Notes under the pieces: generated by a model
The model's input: the letters and a program-made list of their open reading frames with translations, nothing else
Database searches by the model: none
What the model was told of the DNA's origin: nothing
Source: Thalia democratica
Lineage: Eukaryota
NCBI GenBank assembly: GCA_965202585.1
Contig: OZ241831.1
Span: forward strand, 14,756,001 to 14,820,000
DNA length: 64,000 nucleotides
Direction: 5' to 3'
Translations under genes and position numbers: made by a program
Shown here: positions 27,334-43,710 of the stretch, one piece after another
How the letters are laid out: each line of letters begins with the position of its first letter
Position numbering within the stretch: the first letter of the stretch is position 1

Positions 27334-27921
27334 TTATTTTTTACAGCTCTTCTTGGTACTTGCCTTCTTAGATGCTTTTTTGGCTACCGGCTTCTTCTTG
27401 GTTACTTTCTTCTTCTTGCTTGCAGCTTTTTTAGATGCTGCTTTCTTAGGAGCACACTTTTTAGCAGGTCGCTTTTTGGCTGCTGGTTTTTTCGCTGCCT
27501 TCTTGGGAGCACACTTCTTTACTCGTTTCTTTGCTGCGGCCTTCTTTACTGCTGGCTTTTTAGCTACTTTTTTTGTCCTCTTCTTGGGACCAGCAGCTGG
27601 CATTGGAGCAAGCTTGAACGAGCCGGAAGCGCCTTTTCCAGTAGTCTGGAGAAAAGAACCTTTGGTCACGCCGCTGGTAAGTGCTCTCTTCAAGTGAGAA
27701 TTAGAAGCTGAGAGGTCAAGCTTGTAGGTGTCCGCGATATATTTTTGTATCTTCTGGCGGGATGTACCTTTTCGTTCCTTCATTGCTCCCAGGGCAGAGC
27801 TAATCATCTCCCTGTAAGTCGGGTGTTCTGCCTTCTTGGCGCTTGGTCTCTTGGAAGACCTGGCCTTGGCTGCGGCCGCCGCCGCTGCTACTGCTGGTGC
27901 TGCTACTGCTGTGGTAGACAT
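27334..27921 (-). CDS. H1: Histone H1 (unit 4)
   Basis: Protein identical to unit 1. Confidence 0.95.
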   Translation of the reverse strand: MSTTAVAAPAVAAAAAAAKARSSKRPSAKKAEHPTYREMISSALGAMKERKGTSRQKIQKYIADTYKLDLSASNSHLKRALTSGVTKGSFLQTTGKGASGSFKLAPMPAAGPKKRTKKVAKKPAVKKAAAKKRVKKCAPKKAAKKPAAKKRPAKKCAPKKAASKKAASKKKKVTKKKPVAKKASKKASTKKSCKK

Positions 27922-29607
27922 TTTGTATGTATTTTAAAGCAACCGAAACAATACTTTTAGTAGTTACTGACTGTGACGAATTGACTGTTGAGCAGTTTTA
28001 CTTTGTGAAGTACCTTTTACTGATTAATACGAGCATTATCATGTGAGTTTAAAGCGCATATGCTCATAAAAGCATAGTTATTTTTTTACGAACGTCAAAA
28101 ACATTCCAGTGACAAAGAAACCAGACTTAGCCTGGTCGGAAACAGAGTTTTTTTTAAAGCTTAGCTTTAAAGGTCCAGAAAAACAGTCTAAAAGTTACAG
28201 CACACCTCTGCATTTAATAATATAAACCTCAAATGAAACAAAATACATTACTACACATCCGGTTTAGTTTTCTTCAGCTGCAAACTTAAAACTGTAAGAT
28301 TTTAGACAAGCACAAGTATTTTTTCCACTTCAAGCTTAAGTTAAGTTTTATTATTTTAATTTCATTCGGTTTTGTCAATTGTAAAACCCATTAAGTATGT
28401 TTAACTTGATTACAACTTTAACTGTGCTGGTTAGTAAAAAGTAATTCATAAACAAACACAAGTATTTAATTTATGATACTTTACAAGTTATCATTACTTT
28501 AAGTATACTTATATTCAAAATGGCAGTACTAAACCACATAAAAAAACTTAAGTTCATAAGTTTTGAATTTGTTCTTCCACATACTAGTAACTTCAAAAAT
28601 GTTCTGAACAGTAGCCATACAAAACTTGTTAAAAAGCTAGAAACTAATGTTTAACTTGTTATATAAAACAGTCCCAACTAGTTACTAGTATTTCACAGTT
28701 AGAAAAATTTGAAACAACTTTTTAAAACTATTACACAGTTGTTTTGATTTTTTAACAACGTTTTATTTGTTATACTCGAAGCTGAACTAAGAACTTTTTC
28801 TTTGTAGATTTCATGAAAAGAAAGCGAACAAATGGATTTGATCGTAACTTTCCAAAACAAGACGAAATAACTTGCACTTAAATGAATATCAGTACTGTTC
28901 ACTTATGTTCAAAGAAAAGGACCGAAATTTCAATATGAAGTTTAAAAGAGTTGCTTATTTTGAGACGAAGAACTTTACTTAAAAAAAGAGGTTAGGCTAA
29001 TTTTAAAAGTAACAAAAGTACAGTTCAAAAATGACTGCATAATGATAGAAGTGTTTATGTTTACTAAGTGAAGATTTGTTTAAATAAACTTTAATTGATT
29101 TACTGCTTAAAGTAGTTTCTAAGTGTAATAAAAACTAGATTCATTACAATGTTCTGCACAATTTAGACAGTTGACTAAATGTTTTGCTGTGGTATATTTT
29201 AAAAAAGGTTGTTAAATCAACTCTAACTTGATATAAATGTAATTTCAAAATGTATTCTTTATTCTCAGGTGTTTTGAGCACTTCTGTTGTAACAACAGCA
29301 TTTAAATTTCTAACATGTTAACAATTAGCTAATGTGTTTGTTTGATTTTTGTGTCTTTTCCTTTTAAAACAGGGTATTTACTTATTTGAAAACTGTACGT
29401 TGCTTTTGCACTCGTACTATCATAGCTGAACAGTTTTACGAAGCTTACTTTGAAGCAAATAAAAAAAAAATAAGTAAAGGCAAGAAAAACTTAAATTATT
29501 TGTTAGTTAGAACAAAGTTAGCTCTAAACATAAGAAACACTTAAGCAAATAAGCTACAAGTTTCAGACAGTTCATTGGTTTATAACAACTTTTTATCGTT
29601 TTCGAAC

Positions 29608-29731
29608 GCCTACGACCATACCACACTGAACACACCCCATCTCGTCCGATCTGGGAAGTTAAAAAAGTGTCGGGCTTAAAGGTTAGTACTTAGATGGGTG
29701 ACCGCTTGGGAATACCGCGTGCCGTAGGCTT
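29608..29731 (+). rRNA. 5S rRNA: 5S rRNA variant (unit 4)
   Basis: Same sequence as unit 1. Confidence 0.88.
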
Positions 29732-32700
29732 TTATTTTCAAGCACTTATTTGTTGGATTTATTGTTCATACTTATTATGAAAGTTTCTAGTTTATCTTAA
29801 ACATTTTTCAATAATAAATGACACACTAACTAGACTGTCATTTAGTTGTAGACTTATTTTGTCTGTTGCTTTCATTTTGCTATTTATATAAAAGCCATAA
29901 CTTTATTTCTTAAAAGCGTTTCGTTCTGCTCTAGACTTTTAACAAATATAACTTGAAATAAACAGTTGCAGTAGTTTTTAGTTATCAAGTTGTCTCATAC
30001 ACAGTCTTCAATAAAGTTACAAAGCTGTTTACTTCTTTTCCTTTGCATAATGTTTCAGCTATTGGTTTTTTTACGCGTTGATGTTTTATGTTAAAAATCC
30101 ATAAGCAACTAAGTTTAATAAAACAAGTCTAAGATTTGTAAAAAAAAAATTCAACTTTGCTATTCATGACAGTTGTACTGAAATTGAATGCTTTTTGGTC
30201 GTTTTTTTTCTTTAGAACAATCACTGTTGTTTACATTTATTTATTTTTGAAAATACATTTTGATAAGCATGATCAGTATAATTTTCATGAATAAACCTCT
30301 ACTGTTCAAGTATTTTTTAAAATAATACGAAATTTATTAAAACTAACTGTTTTATTTTCATTCCATAATGAAATTACTTTTTATAGTGACGTAGAACAAG
30401 TTTTAAAAATAAAGTTTAGTATTTATTAAATTAAAAAAAAAGTCTACGAAGTAAGCATAATTGAGAATTTTTTTTTTGTCTAAATAAAGAAGTTAACAAG
30501 AAAAAGCCTTTGGACAACACGTTTAAGTTAGTTGAAGCTTTTTATGAAACATCAAATTACAACTAGTTAACAAAACTTATTCCACGATTTAGGCAATACT
30601 TTCAAAACATAACTAGCTCTCTTATTAAAAGTTGCTTAGAATGTCCAGTAAAAGTACAAAGGCAATAGTAAGTATGCATATCTAGGTGACAAAAGAAAAG
30701 ACAGAAAAAATATTATTTAGAAGTAAAATGTGTCATTCAACTAGCTCTAACTCTTACTTTTGATCTTTTACCACCACAAAGTTGGTTGAGTTGCACATTT
30801 TTGTTGTTTAGTTAAAGCTTGTTTAACACTGCTTAGTAGACTTTAAAGCTGGTTAAATAAGCTGGTTGTCCTGATTACATTAGATTAACTTGATAAAGCT
30901 ATAAGCAATGCTAGATCAACTAAAAGATGTAAGCTTTTTAAAGTTATAGATTCGAAATGTTCTTTTTCGTTCATGTTGTGATGCATATATGTTGTTTTTT
31001 GTTTATGTATTTATGAGTTGTAATGCATGTTTTAAATGTGTTTTAGTTAAAGTTATTTTCTGAAACGATACAACATAAATTAGACCCAAAGCTAAACTAA
31101 TTTTCAACTTGATAAATCTGTGAACAATTTGAGTTCAATAAAAAGCTTTGTAAAAAGAATTCGGTTGTAATACATGATGGTTGTTGTACTGAAATTGCAG
31201 TTTTGTTGATTTTTTTATTTTGGTTTGAACAGCTTCTGTTGTTAATTGTATTTTAAACTGTTTTACTTAGTTTGAGTTGCATTGTAATAAAAAGAAATAA
31301 TAAATTTTAGAAACTACTGGTTTATTAGATTGTAATTGTTAATATCCAAAGTTAAGTTTGTTTTATTATAATTTAATGTATTATTTTCATTTAAAATCTA
31401 ATACTTTTTACAGTGACGTAGAACAGTATTTTTTAAATAAACTAAATACTTTTTCAATTTTACAAAAAGAAGTATACAAAATAAGCATAACGGGAATAAG
31501 TTTTGTTTAAAGAAAGAAGTTTACAAGAAAATCTTATGGACACAAAAATCAAGTTAGTTGAAGCTTTCTGCGAAACGTATATTTATTTGTAATGTAACAG
31601 ACTTAAGCAATGGTTTTTAAATACAACTAGCTCCCTCCTCAAAAGTAGTTTAAAATGTCATGTAAGAGAACAAAAACAATTGTAAATACAAGTATGTGAC
31701 AAAAAGTTAAAACACAAAAGTATAAGTTAGAAGTAAACTGTTTTATACAAACATTCTAACTCACCTTTTACCAGCACAAAAAACATTAAGTTTGGTTCGT
31801 TTTTGTCGTCTAGTTAGAGCTTGTTTAATGCTGCTTAGTGGACATTGATATCTGGTTGAATCAGTTGGTGGTCCTTATCACTTTAGACTTATAACAGAAA
31901 TGACTATAGACTGTAAAAGTCGTTTTAAGTCATCAAGTTGTCTCACATATAGTTGTAACAAGTAATACAAATGAGTGGTGACAAGCTGTTACTTCTTTTC
32001 CTTTCAGCTTAAAAATTGAGTTCTTTCATGTATTCGACTAATTAAGCAATCAAAAACAAACTAAATAGATGTCAGCTTTGTAAAATAAAAGTTTTAATGA
32101 TAAGCTTTCATCAACTATTTCAGCTATTTTTGTTTTGGTAAATCGCGTACTTGTTTATAGTGTTGTTTTTCTTTGAACAATCGATGTTGTTTACATTTAT
32201 GTATTTTAATGTATGATTTTTAAATTACTATGCATGTTTTTAATTTTAGTTGTAATTAAACTATATTTTTTGTGAAACAAATATTGTTTGTTGTTAACAA
32301 TTGAAAACATACTTTGTTGATAAACCAAAGTAAGTTTTATTCTTATTACTATTTAAGTGTACTATTTTCATTGAAAAATATAAATAGTTTTTAAAGTGAC
32401 GTAGCGTAACTTTTTTTAATAAGTTAAAAAACAAATAATTATTGAATGTTTAAGAAAAGTGCACAAAGTAAGAACGAATAAGATAGAGTTCTTAGAAAAA
32501 AAAAGATATCAAGAAGAAAAAGACATCCAAGTTAGTTAATTATGTTAAGCATTCAATTACAGTAGTTGTTACATCAAGTTGTCTAACACCTAGTCTAAAC
32601 AAGTAACTTTACCATGAAAATAATAAAACAAGCATTTTTTAACCGTGTTTAAGCTAATGAGTTGGTTTGTATCATAGGGTGATGTTTTGGCTTGAAATGA

Positions 32701-33327
32701 TATCTTAAATAAGCTAAATAGATGTCAGCCTTGTAGGTGGGAATACTTAAATGTGTTTGAAATTCACATTTGTTATCTTTTGTTCTGAACTTTTATTTCT
32801 ATTTATATACTTATAACTTTTTAAAACATTTTACATGGTTTTAACTGCATTTAAGTTGATAAAAAGAAGACGTTTAAAAGTTAAACCTTTGTTGTGTTGC
32901 TGATAATCAACAACAACAACTTAAAAATGTAACAAAAACTAAGGTTTTTTTTGGTATAAGTTAAGTATACGTTACTGTATTATTTTTTTTAAACACTTAT
33001 TTACTGAATGTTTTAACAGAAATTCAACAAATGAACAAGAAGTTGTATAGAAAAAAAAAAGTTCACGGACAACGTATTGAAGTTAGTTAAATCCTTTTTT
33101 ACATATACTACTGTTTTTTCAAATTAGACTTGAGCAATGGTAACCATAAGATTAAAACTTGAAAGTACGACAAATTTTAAATCAAACAACTAAAGTGTTT
33201 GATCTTTTAATTCTTATAACAACCAGTTTGTTTGTACAATTATCAATTTGTGGCTTGTACTTTAAGTAGATATCAATAGCCGGTTTTGTTCAAATGGTGG
33301 TCCTAAAAAGGACCGGTTGTTGAGCAT

Positions 33328-33687
33328 TTATTTTGAGCTGGTGTACTTGGTAACAGCTTTAGTTCCCTCTGAAACTGCGTGCTTTGACAACTCGCCGGGG
33401 AGCAAGAGCCTGACAGCAGTTTGAATTTCGCGGCTGCTCACAGTTGACCTCTTGTTGTAATGAGCCAAACGTGAAGCCTCTGCTGCAATGCGCTCGAAGA
33501 TGTCGTTGACAAATGAGTTCATGATTCCCATCGCCTTGCTGGAAATTCCGGTGTCGGGGTGCACTTGCTTCAAAACTTTGTACACGTAGATGCCAAAGCT
33601 TTCTTTGTGCCTCCTCCTTCGCTTCTTCTTGCCGTCGACCGGGGTGGTCTTGGCTACTGACTTCTTCGCGCCTTTGGTTGCGGTCAT
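33328..33687 (-). CDS. H2B: Histone H2B (unit 5)
   Basis: Protein identical to unit 1. Confidence 0.98.
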   Translation of the reverse strand: MTATKGAKKSVAKTTPVDGKKKRRRRHKESFGIYVYKVLKQVHPDTGISSKAMGIMNSFVNDIFERIAAEASRLAHYNKRSTVSSREIQTAVRLLLPGELSKHAVSEGTKAVTKYTSSK

Positions 33688-33846
33688 GATGATGTGTGAA
33701 CTTCAGTCTCGGCGCCAGCTTATATACTGAAAGTTTATGCAAATTAGCATTTCCGTACGCGAACGACAGCCTCTCTCATTTTATGATTCTCTCGTTTGTC
33801 GTAAATATTTTTAGGTGGTCCTGAAAAGGACCTGGTTTGTTTTAAC

Positions 33847-34227
33847 TTAGGCTGATTTTTTTGAAGCGGTCTTCTTGGGCAATAATACTGCCTGGATGTT
33901 TGGAAGAACACCTCCTTGAGCAATAGTGACGCCGCCGAGAAGTTTGTTCAACTCTTCGTCGTTGCGGATAGCTAGTTGCAAATGGCGGGGAATGATCCTA
34001 CTTTTCTTGTTGTCACGAGCAGCGTTACCGGCAAGCTCGAGCACTTCTGCGCTCAAATACTCGAGAACGGCAGCCAGATAAACTGGAGCACCAGCTCCGA
34101 CTCTTTGGCTGTAGTTGCCAGTGCGCAACAGGCGGTGCACGCGACCGACTGGAAACTGCAGTCCTGCACGAGAAGACCTGCTCTTCGGCTTAGATTTGAG
34201 TTTTGATCCTTTACCACGTCCCGACAT
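33847..34227 (-). CDS. H2A: Histone H2A (unit 5)
   Basis: Protein identical; synonymous Ser change AGC to AGT at 34000. Confidence 0.98.
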   Translation of the reverse strand: MSGRGKGSKLKSKPKSRSSRAGLQFPVGRVHRLLRTGNYSQRVGAGAPVYLAAVLEYLSAEVLELAGNAARDNKKSRIIPRHLQLAIRNDEELNKLLGGVTIAQGGVLPNIQAVLLPKKTASKKSA

Positions 34228-34421
34228 CTTGTTGTTCGAATGATTGTGCCAAGATGCTCGCACAGCTCTGTATAAAACTCAAACCTAACCGCGTCGAACG
34301 AACAACTAATTTGCATATGTCGTAGCTGCTCTTTAATCTTGTCAAAATGTTTGTTCAGCAGTGTTGAAGAAATTTGATTTTGAAATGGGTGGTCCTAAAA
34401 AGGACCGAGTTTGCTAAATGT

Positions 34422-34766
<345 letters not shown>

Positions 34767-34922
34767 TTATTTATAAGCTGTTACGGACGCGTACGGTTAC
34801 TACTAAACTAATTTGCATACTCAGAAAAGTCTCTAACTTACATTCTTTCGTTTGGTTTATTTTTTCTCACTATCAAACAAAGTTTAAAAGTGGCCCTGAA
34901 AAGGACCGGTTTTAGCTAATGC

Positions 34923-35459
<537 letters not shown>

Positions 35460-35520
35460 TCATGTTTTGTTAATATTTTGATTGAGTGGTCCTGAAAAGG
35501 ACCTTGGGTAAAAGAACAAC

Positions 35521-36108
35521 TTATTTTTTACAGCTCTTCTTGGTACTTGCCTTCTTAGATGCTTTTTTGGCTACCGGCTTCTTCTTGGTTACTTTCTTCT
35601 TCTTGCTTGCAGCTTTTTTAGATGCTGCTTTCTTAGGAGCACACTTTTTAGCAGGTCGCTTTTTGGCTGCTGGTTTTTTCGCTGCCTTCTTGGGAGCACA
35701 CTTCTTTACTCGTTTCTTTGCTGCGGCCTTCTTTACTGCTGGCTTTTTAGCTACTTTTTTTGTCCTCTTCTTGGGACCAGCAGCTGGCATTGGAGCAAGC
35801 TTGAACGAGCCGGAAGCGCCTTTTCCAGTAGTCTGGAGAAAAGAACCTTTGGTCACGCCGCTGGTAAGTGCTCTCTTCAAGTGAGAATTAGAAGCTGAGA
35901 GGTCAAGCTTGTAGGTGTCCGCGATATATTTTTGTATCTTCTGGCGGGATGTACCTTTTCGTTCCTTCATTGCTCCCAGGGCAGAGCTAATCATCTCCCT
36001 GTAAGTCGGGTGTTCTGCCTTCTTGGCGCTTGGTCTCTTGGAAGACCTGGCCTTGGCTGCGGCCGCCGCCGCTGCTACTGCTGGTGCTGCTACTGCTGTG
36101 GTAGACAT
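35521..36108 (-). CDS. H1: Histone H1 (unit 5)
   Basis: Protein identical to unit 1. Confidence 0.95.
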   Translation of the reverse strand: MSTTAVAAPAVAAAAAAAKARSSKRPSAKKAEHPTYREMISSALGAMKERKGTSRQKIQKYIADTYKLDLSASNSHLKRALTSGVTKGSFLQTTGKGASGSFKLAPMPAAGPKKRTKKVAKKPAVKKAAAKKRVKKCAPKKAAKKPAAKKRPAKKCAPKKAASKKAASKKKKVTKKKPVAKKASKKASTKKSCKK

Positions 36109-37794
36109 TTTGTATGTATTTTAAAGCAACCGAAACAATACTTTTAGTAGTTACTGACTGTGACGAATTGACTGTTGAGCAGTTTTACTTTGTGAAGTAC
36201 CTTTTACTGATTAATACGAGCATTATCATGTGAGTTTAAAGCGCATATGCTCATAAAAGCATAGTTATTTTTTTACGAACGTCAAAAACATTCCAGTGAC
36301 AAAGAAACCAGACTTAGCCTGGTCGGAAACAGAGTTTTTTTTAAAGCTTAGCTTTAAAGGTCCAGAAAAACAGTCTAAAAGTTACAGCACACCTCTGCAT
36401 TTAATAATATAAACCTCAAATGAAACAAAATACATTACTACACATCCGGTTTAGTTTTCTTCAGCTGCAAACTTAAAACTGTAAGATTTTAGACAAGCAC
36501 AAGTATTTTTTCCACTTCAAGCTTAAGTTAAGTTTTATTATTTTAATTTCATTCGGTTTTGTCAATTGTAAAACCCATTAAGTATGTTTAACTTGATTAC
36601 AACTTTAACTGTGCTGGTTAGTAAAAAGTAATTCATAAACAAACACAAGTATTTAATTTATGATACTTTACAAGTTATCATTACTTTAAGTATACTTATA
36701 TTCAAAATGGCAGTACTAAACCACATAAAAAAACTTAAGTTCATAAGTTTTGAATTTGTTCTTCCACATACTAGTAACTTCAAAAATGTTCTGAACAGTA
36801 GCCATACAAAACTTGTTAAAAAGCTAGAAACTAATGTTTAACTTGTTATATAAAACAGTCCCAACTAGTTACTAGTATTTCACAGTTAGAAAAATTTGAA
36901 ACAACTTTTTAAAACTATTACACAGTTGTTTTGATTTTTTAACAACGTTTTATTTGTTATACTCGAAGCTGAACTAAGAACTTTTTCTTTGTAGATTTCA
37001 TGAAAAGAAAGCGAACAAATGGATTTGATCGTAACTTTCCAAAACAAGACGAAATAACTTGCACTTAAATGAATATCAGTACTGTTCACTTATGTTCAAA
37101 GAAAAGGACCGAAATTTCAATATGAAGTTTAAAAGAGTTGCTTATTTTGAGACGAAGAACTTTACTTAAAAAAAGAGGTTAGGCTAATTTTAAAAGTAAC
37201 AAAAGTACAGTTCAAAAATGACTGCATAATGATAGAAGTGTTTATGTTTACTAAGTGAAGATTTGTTTAAATAAACTTTAATTGATTTACTGCTTAAAGT
37301 AGTTTCTAAGTGTAATAAAAACTAGATTCATTACAATGTTCTGCACAATTTAGACAGTTGACTAAATGTTTTGCTGTGGTATATTTTAAAAAAGGTTGTT
37401 AAATCAACTCTAACTTGATATAAATGTAATTTCAAAATGTATTCTTTATTCTCAGGTGTTTTGAGCACTTCTGTTGTAACAACAGCATTTAAATTTCTAA
37501 CATGTTAACAATTAGCTAATGTGTTTGTTTGATTTTTGTGTCTTTTCCTTTTAAAACAGGGTATTTACTTATTTGAAAACTGTACGTTGCTTTTGCACTC
37601 GTACTATCATAGCTGAACAGTTTTACGAAGCTTACTTTGAAGCAAATAAAAAAAAAATAAGTAAAGGCAAGAAAAACTTAAATTATTTGTTAGTTAGAAC
37701 AAAGTTAGCTCTAAACATAAGAAACACTTAAGCAAATAAGCTACAAGTTTCAGACAGTTCATTGGTTTATAACAACTTTTTATCGTTTTCGAAC

Positions 37795-37918
37795 GCCTAC
37801 GACCATACCACACTGAACACACCCCATCTCGTCCGATCTGGGAAGTTAAAAAAGTGTCGGGCTTAAAGGTTAGTACTTAGATGGGTGACCGCTTGGGAAT
37901 ACCGCGTGCCGTAGGCTT
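37795..37918 (+). rRNA. 5S rRNA: 5S rRNA variant (unit 5)
   Basis: Same sequence as unit 1. Confidence 0.88.
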
Positions 37919-40900
37919 TTATTTTCAAGCACTTATTTGTTGGATTTATTCTTCATACTTATTATGAAAGTTTCTAGTTTATCTTAAACATTTTTCAATA
38001 ATAAATGACACACTAACTAGACTGTCATTTAGTTGTAGACTTATTTTGTCTGTTGCTTTCATTTTGCTATTTATATAAAAGCCATAACTTTATTTCTTAA
38101 AAGCGTTTCGTTCTGCTCTAGACTTTTAACAAATATAACTTGAAATAAACAGTTGCAGTAGTTTTTAGTTATCAAGTTGTCTCATACACAGTCTTCAATA
38201 AAGTTACAAAGCTGTTTACTTCTTTTCCTTTGCATAATGTTTCAGCTATTGGTTTTTTTACGCGTTGATGTTTTATGTTAAAAATCCATAAGCAACTAAG
38301 TTTAATAAAACAAGTCTAAGATTTGTAAAAAAAAAATTCAACTTTGCTATTCATGACAGTTGTACTGAAATTGAATGCTTTTTGGTAGTTTTTTTTCTTT
38401 AGAACAATCACTGTTGTTTACATTTATTTATTTTTGAAAATACATTTTGATAAGCATGATCAGTATAATTTTCATGAATAAACCTCTACTGTTCAAGTAT
38501 TTTTTAAAATAATACGAAATTTATTAAAACTAACTGTTTTATTTTCATTCCATAATGAAATTACTTTTTATAGTGACGTAGAACAAGTTTTAAAAATAAA
38601 GTTTAGTATTTATTAAATTAAAAAAAAAGTCTACGAAGTAAGCATAATTGAGAATTTTTTTTTTGTCTAAATAAAGAAGTTAACAAGAAAAAGCCTTTGG
38701 ACAACACGTTTAAGTTAGTTGAAGCTTTTTATGAAACATCAAATTACAACTAGTTAACAAAACTTATTCCACGATTTAGGCAATACTTTCAAAACATAAC
38801 TAGCTCTCTTATTAAAAGTTGCTTAGAATGTCCAGTAAAAGTACAAAGGCAATAGTAAGTATGCATATCTAGGTGACAAAAGAAAAGACAGAAAAAATAT
38901 TATTTAGAAGTAAAATGTGTCATTCAACTAGCTCTAACTCTTACTTTTGATCTTTTACCACCACAAAGTTGGTTGAGTTGCACATTTTTGTTGTTTAGTT
39001 AAAGCTTGTTTAACACTGCTTAGTAGACTTTAAAGCTGGTTAAATAAGCTGGTTGTCCTGATTACATTAGATTAACTTGATAAAGCTATAAGCAATGCTA
39101 GATCAACTAAAAGATGTAAGCTTTTTAAAGTTATAGATTCGAAATGTTCTTTTTCGTTCATGTTGTGATGCATATATGTTGTTTTTTGTTTATGTATTTA
39201 TGAGTTGTAATGCATGTTTTAAATGTGTTTTAGTTAAAGTTATTTTCTGAAACGATACAACATAAATTAGACCCAAAGCTAAACTAATTTTCAACTTGAT
39301 AAATCTGTGAACAATTTGAGTTCAATAAAAAGCTTTGTAAAAAGAATTCGGTTGTAATACATGATGGTTGTTGTACTGAAATTGCAGTTTTGTTGATTTT
39401 TTTATTTTGGTTTGAACAGCTTCTGTTGTTAATTGTATTTTAAACTGTTTTACTTAGTTTGAGTTGCATTGTAATAAAAAGAAATAATAAATTTTAGAAA
39501 CTACTGGTTTATTAGATTGTAATTGTTAATATCCAAAGTTAAGTTTGTTTTATTATAATTTAATGTATTATTTTCATTTAAAATCTAATACTTTTTACAG
39601 TGACGTAGAACAGTATTTTTTAAATAAACTAAATACTTTTTCAATTTTACAAAAAGAAGTATACAAAATAAGCATAACGGGAATAAGTTTTGTTTAAAGA
39701 AAGAAGTTTACAAGAAAATCTTATGGACACAAAAATCAAGTTAGTTGAAGCTTTCTGCGAAACGTATATTTATTTGTAATGTAAAAGACTTAAGCAATGG
39801 TTTTTAAATACAACTAGCTCCCTCCTCAAAAGTAGTTTAAAATGTCATGTAAGAGAACAAAAACAATTGTAAATACAAGTATGTGACAAAAAGTTAAAAC
39901 ACAAAAGTATAAGTTAGAAGTAAACTGTTTTATACAAACATTCTAACTCACCTTTTACCAGCACAAAAAACATTAAGTTTGGTTCGTTTTTGTCGTCTAG
40001 TTAGAGCTTGTTTAATGCTGCTTAGTGGACATTGATATCTGGTTGAATCAGTTGGTGGTCCTTATCACTTTAGACTTATAACAGAAATGACTATAGACTG
40101 TAAAAGTCGTTTTAAGTCATCAAGTTGTCTCACATATAGTTGTAACAAGTAATACAAATGAGTGGTGACAAGCTGTTACTTCTTTTCCTTTCAGCTTAAA
40201 AATTGAGTTCTTTCATGTATTCGACTAATTAAGCAATCAAAAACAAACTAAATAGATGTCAGCTTTGTAAAATAAAAGTTTTAATGATAAGCTTTCATCA
40301 ACTATTTCAGCTATTTTTGTTTTGGTAAATCGCGTACTTGTTTATAGTGTTGTTTTTCTTTGAACAATCGATGTTGTTTACATTTATGTATTTTAATGTA
40401 TGATTTTTAAATTACTATGCATGTTTTTAATCGTGTTAGTTGTAATTAAACTATATTTTTTGTGAAACAAATATTGTTTGTTGTTAACAATTGAAAACAT
40501 ACTTTGTTGATAAACCAAAGTAAGTTTTATTCTTATTACTATTTAAGTGTACTATTTTCATTGAAAAATATAAATAGTTTTTAAAGTGACGTAGCGTAAC
40601 TTTTTTTAATAAGTTAAAAAACAAATAATTATTGAATGTTTAAGAAAAGTGCACAAAGTAAGAACGAATAAGATAGAGTTCTTAGAAAAAAAAAGATATC
40701 AAGAAGAAAAAGACATCCAAGTTAGTTAATTATGTTAAGCATTCAATTACAGTAGTTGTTACATCAAGTTGTCTAACACCTAGTCTAAACAAGTAACTTT
40801 ACCATGAAAATAATAAAACAAGCATTTTTTAACCGTGTTTAAGCTAATGAGTTGGTTTGTATCATAGGGTGATGTTTTGGCTTGAAATGATATCTTAAAT

Positions 40901-41517
40901 AAGCTAAATAGATGTCAGCCTTGTAGGTGGGAATACTTAAATGTGTTTGAAATTCACATTTGTTATCTTTTGTTCTGAACTTTTATTTCTATTTATATAC
41001 TTATAACTTTTTAAAACATTTTACATGGTTTTAACTGCATTTAAGTTGATAAAAAGAAGACGTTTAAAAGTTAAACCTTTGTTGTGTTGCTGATAATCAA
41101 CAACAACAACTTAAAAATGTAACAAAAACTAAGGTTTTTTTTGGTATAAGTTAAGTATACGTTACTGTATTATTTTTTTTAAACACTTATTTACTGAATG
41201 TTTTAACAGAAATTCAACAAATGAACAAGAAGTTGTATAGAAAAAAAAAAGTTCACGGACAACGTATTGAAGTTAGTTAAATCCTTTTTTACATATACTA
41301 CTGTTTTTTCAAATTAGACTTGAGCAATGGTAACCATAAGATTAAAACTTGAAAGTACGACAAATTTTAAATCAAACAACTAAAGTGTTTGATCTTTTAA
41401 TTCTTATAACAACCAGTTTGTTTGTACAATTATCAATTTGTGGCTTGTACTTTAAGTAGATATCAATAGCCGGTTTTGTTCAAATGGTGGTCCTAAAAAG
41501 GACCGGTTGTTGAGCAT

Positions 41518-41877
41518 TTATTTTGAGCTGGTGTACTTGGTAACAGCTTTAGTTCCCTCTGAAACTGCGTGCTTTGACAACTCGCCGGGGAGCAAGAGCC
41601 TGACAGCAGTTTGAATTTCGCGGCTGCTCACAGTTGACCTCTTGTTGTAATGAGCCAAACGTGAAGCCTCTGCTGCAATGCGCTCGAAGATGTCGTTGAC
41701 AAATGAGTTCATGATTCCCATCGCCTTGCTGGAAATTCCGGTGTCGGGGTGCACTTGCTTCAAAACTTTGTACACGTAGATGCCAAAGCTTTCTTTGTGC
41801 CTCCTCCTTCGCTTCTTCTTGCCGTCGACCGGGGTGGTCTTGGCTACTGACTTCTTCGCGCCTTTGGTTGCGGTCAT
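41518..41877 (-). CDS. H2B: Histone H2B (unit 6)
   Basis: Protein identical to unit 1. Confidence 0.98.
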   Translation of the reverse strand: MTATKGAKKSVAKTTPVDGKKKRRRRHKESFGIYVYKVLKQVHPDTGISSKAMGIMNSFVNDIFERIAAEASRLAHYNKRSTVSSREIQTAVRLLLPGELSKHAVSEGTKAVTKYTSSK

Positions 41878-42036
41878 GATGATGTGTGAACTTCAGTCTC
41901 GGCGCCAGCTTATATACTGAAAGTTTATGCAAATTAGCATTTCCGTACGCGAACGACAGCCTCTCTCATTTTATGATTCTCTCGTTTGTCGTAAATATTT
42001 TTAGGTGGTCCTGAAAAGGACCTGGTTTGTTTTAAC

Positions 42037-42417
42037 TTAGGCTGATTTTTTTGAAGCGGTCTTCTTGGGCAATAATACTGCCTGGATGTTTGGAAGAACA
42101 CCTCCTTGAGCAATAGTGACGCCGCCGAGAAGTTTGTTCAACTCTTCGTCGTTGCGGATAGCTAGTTGCAAATGGCGGGGAATGATCCTGCTTTTCTTGT
42201 TGTCACGAGCAGCGTTACCGGCAAGCTCGAGCACTTCTGCGCTCAAATACTCGAGAACGGCAGCCAGATAAACTGGAGCACCAGCTCCGACTCTTTGGCT
42301 GTAGTTGCCAGTGCGCAACAGGCGGTGCACGCGACCGACTGGAAACTGCAGTCCTGCACGAGAAGACCTGCTCTTCGGCTTAGATTTGAGTTTTGATCCT
42401 TTACCACGTCCCGACAT
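42037..42417 (-). CDS. H2A: Histone H2A (unit 6)
   Basis: Protein identical to unit 1. Confidence 0.98.
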   Translation of the reverse strand: MSGRGKGSKLKSKPKSRSSRAGLQFPVGRVHRLLRTGNYSQRVGAGAPVYLAAVLEYLSAEVLELAGNAARDNKKSRIIPRHLQLAIRNDEELNKLLGGVTIAQGGVLPNIQAVLLPKKTASKKSA

Positions 42418-42611
42418 CTTGTTGTTCGAATGATTGTGCCAAGATGCTCGCACAGCTCTGTATAAAACTCAAACCTAACCGCGTCGAACGAACAACTAAT
42501 TTGCATATGTCGTAGCTGCTCTTTAATCTTGTCAAAATGTTTGTTCAGCAGTGTTGAAGAAATTTGATTTTGAAATGGGTGGTCCTAAAAAGGACCGAGT
42601 TTGCTAAATGT

Positions 42612-42956
<345 letters not shown>

Positions 42957-43112
42957 TTATTTATAAGCTGTTACGGACGCGTACGGTTACTACTAAACTA
43001 ATTTGCATACTCAGAAAAGTCTCTAACTTACATTCTTTCGTTTGGTTTATTTTTTCTCACTATCAAACAAAGTTTAAAAGTGGCCCTGAAAAGGACCGGT
43101 TTTAGCTAATGC

Positions 43113-43649
<537 letters not shown>

Positions 43650-43710
43650 TCATGTTTTGTTAATATTTTGATTGAGTGGTCCTGAAAAGGACCTTGGGTA
43701 AAAGAACAAC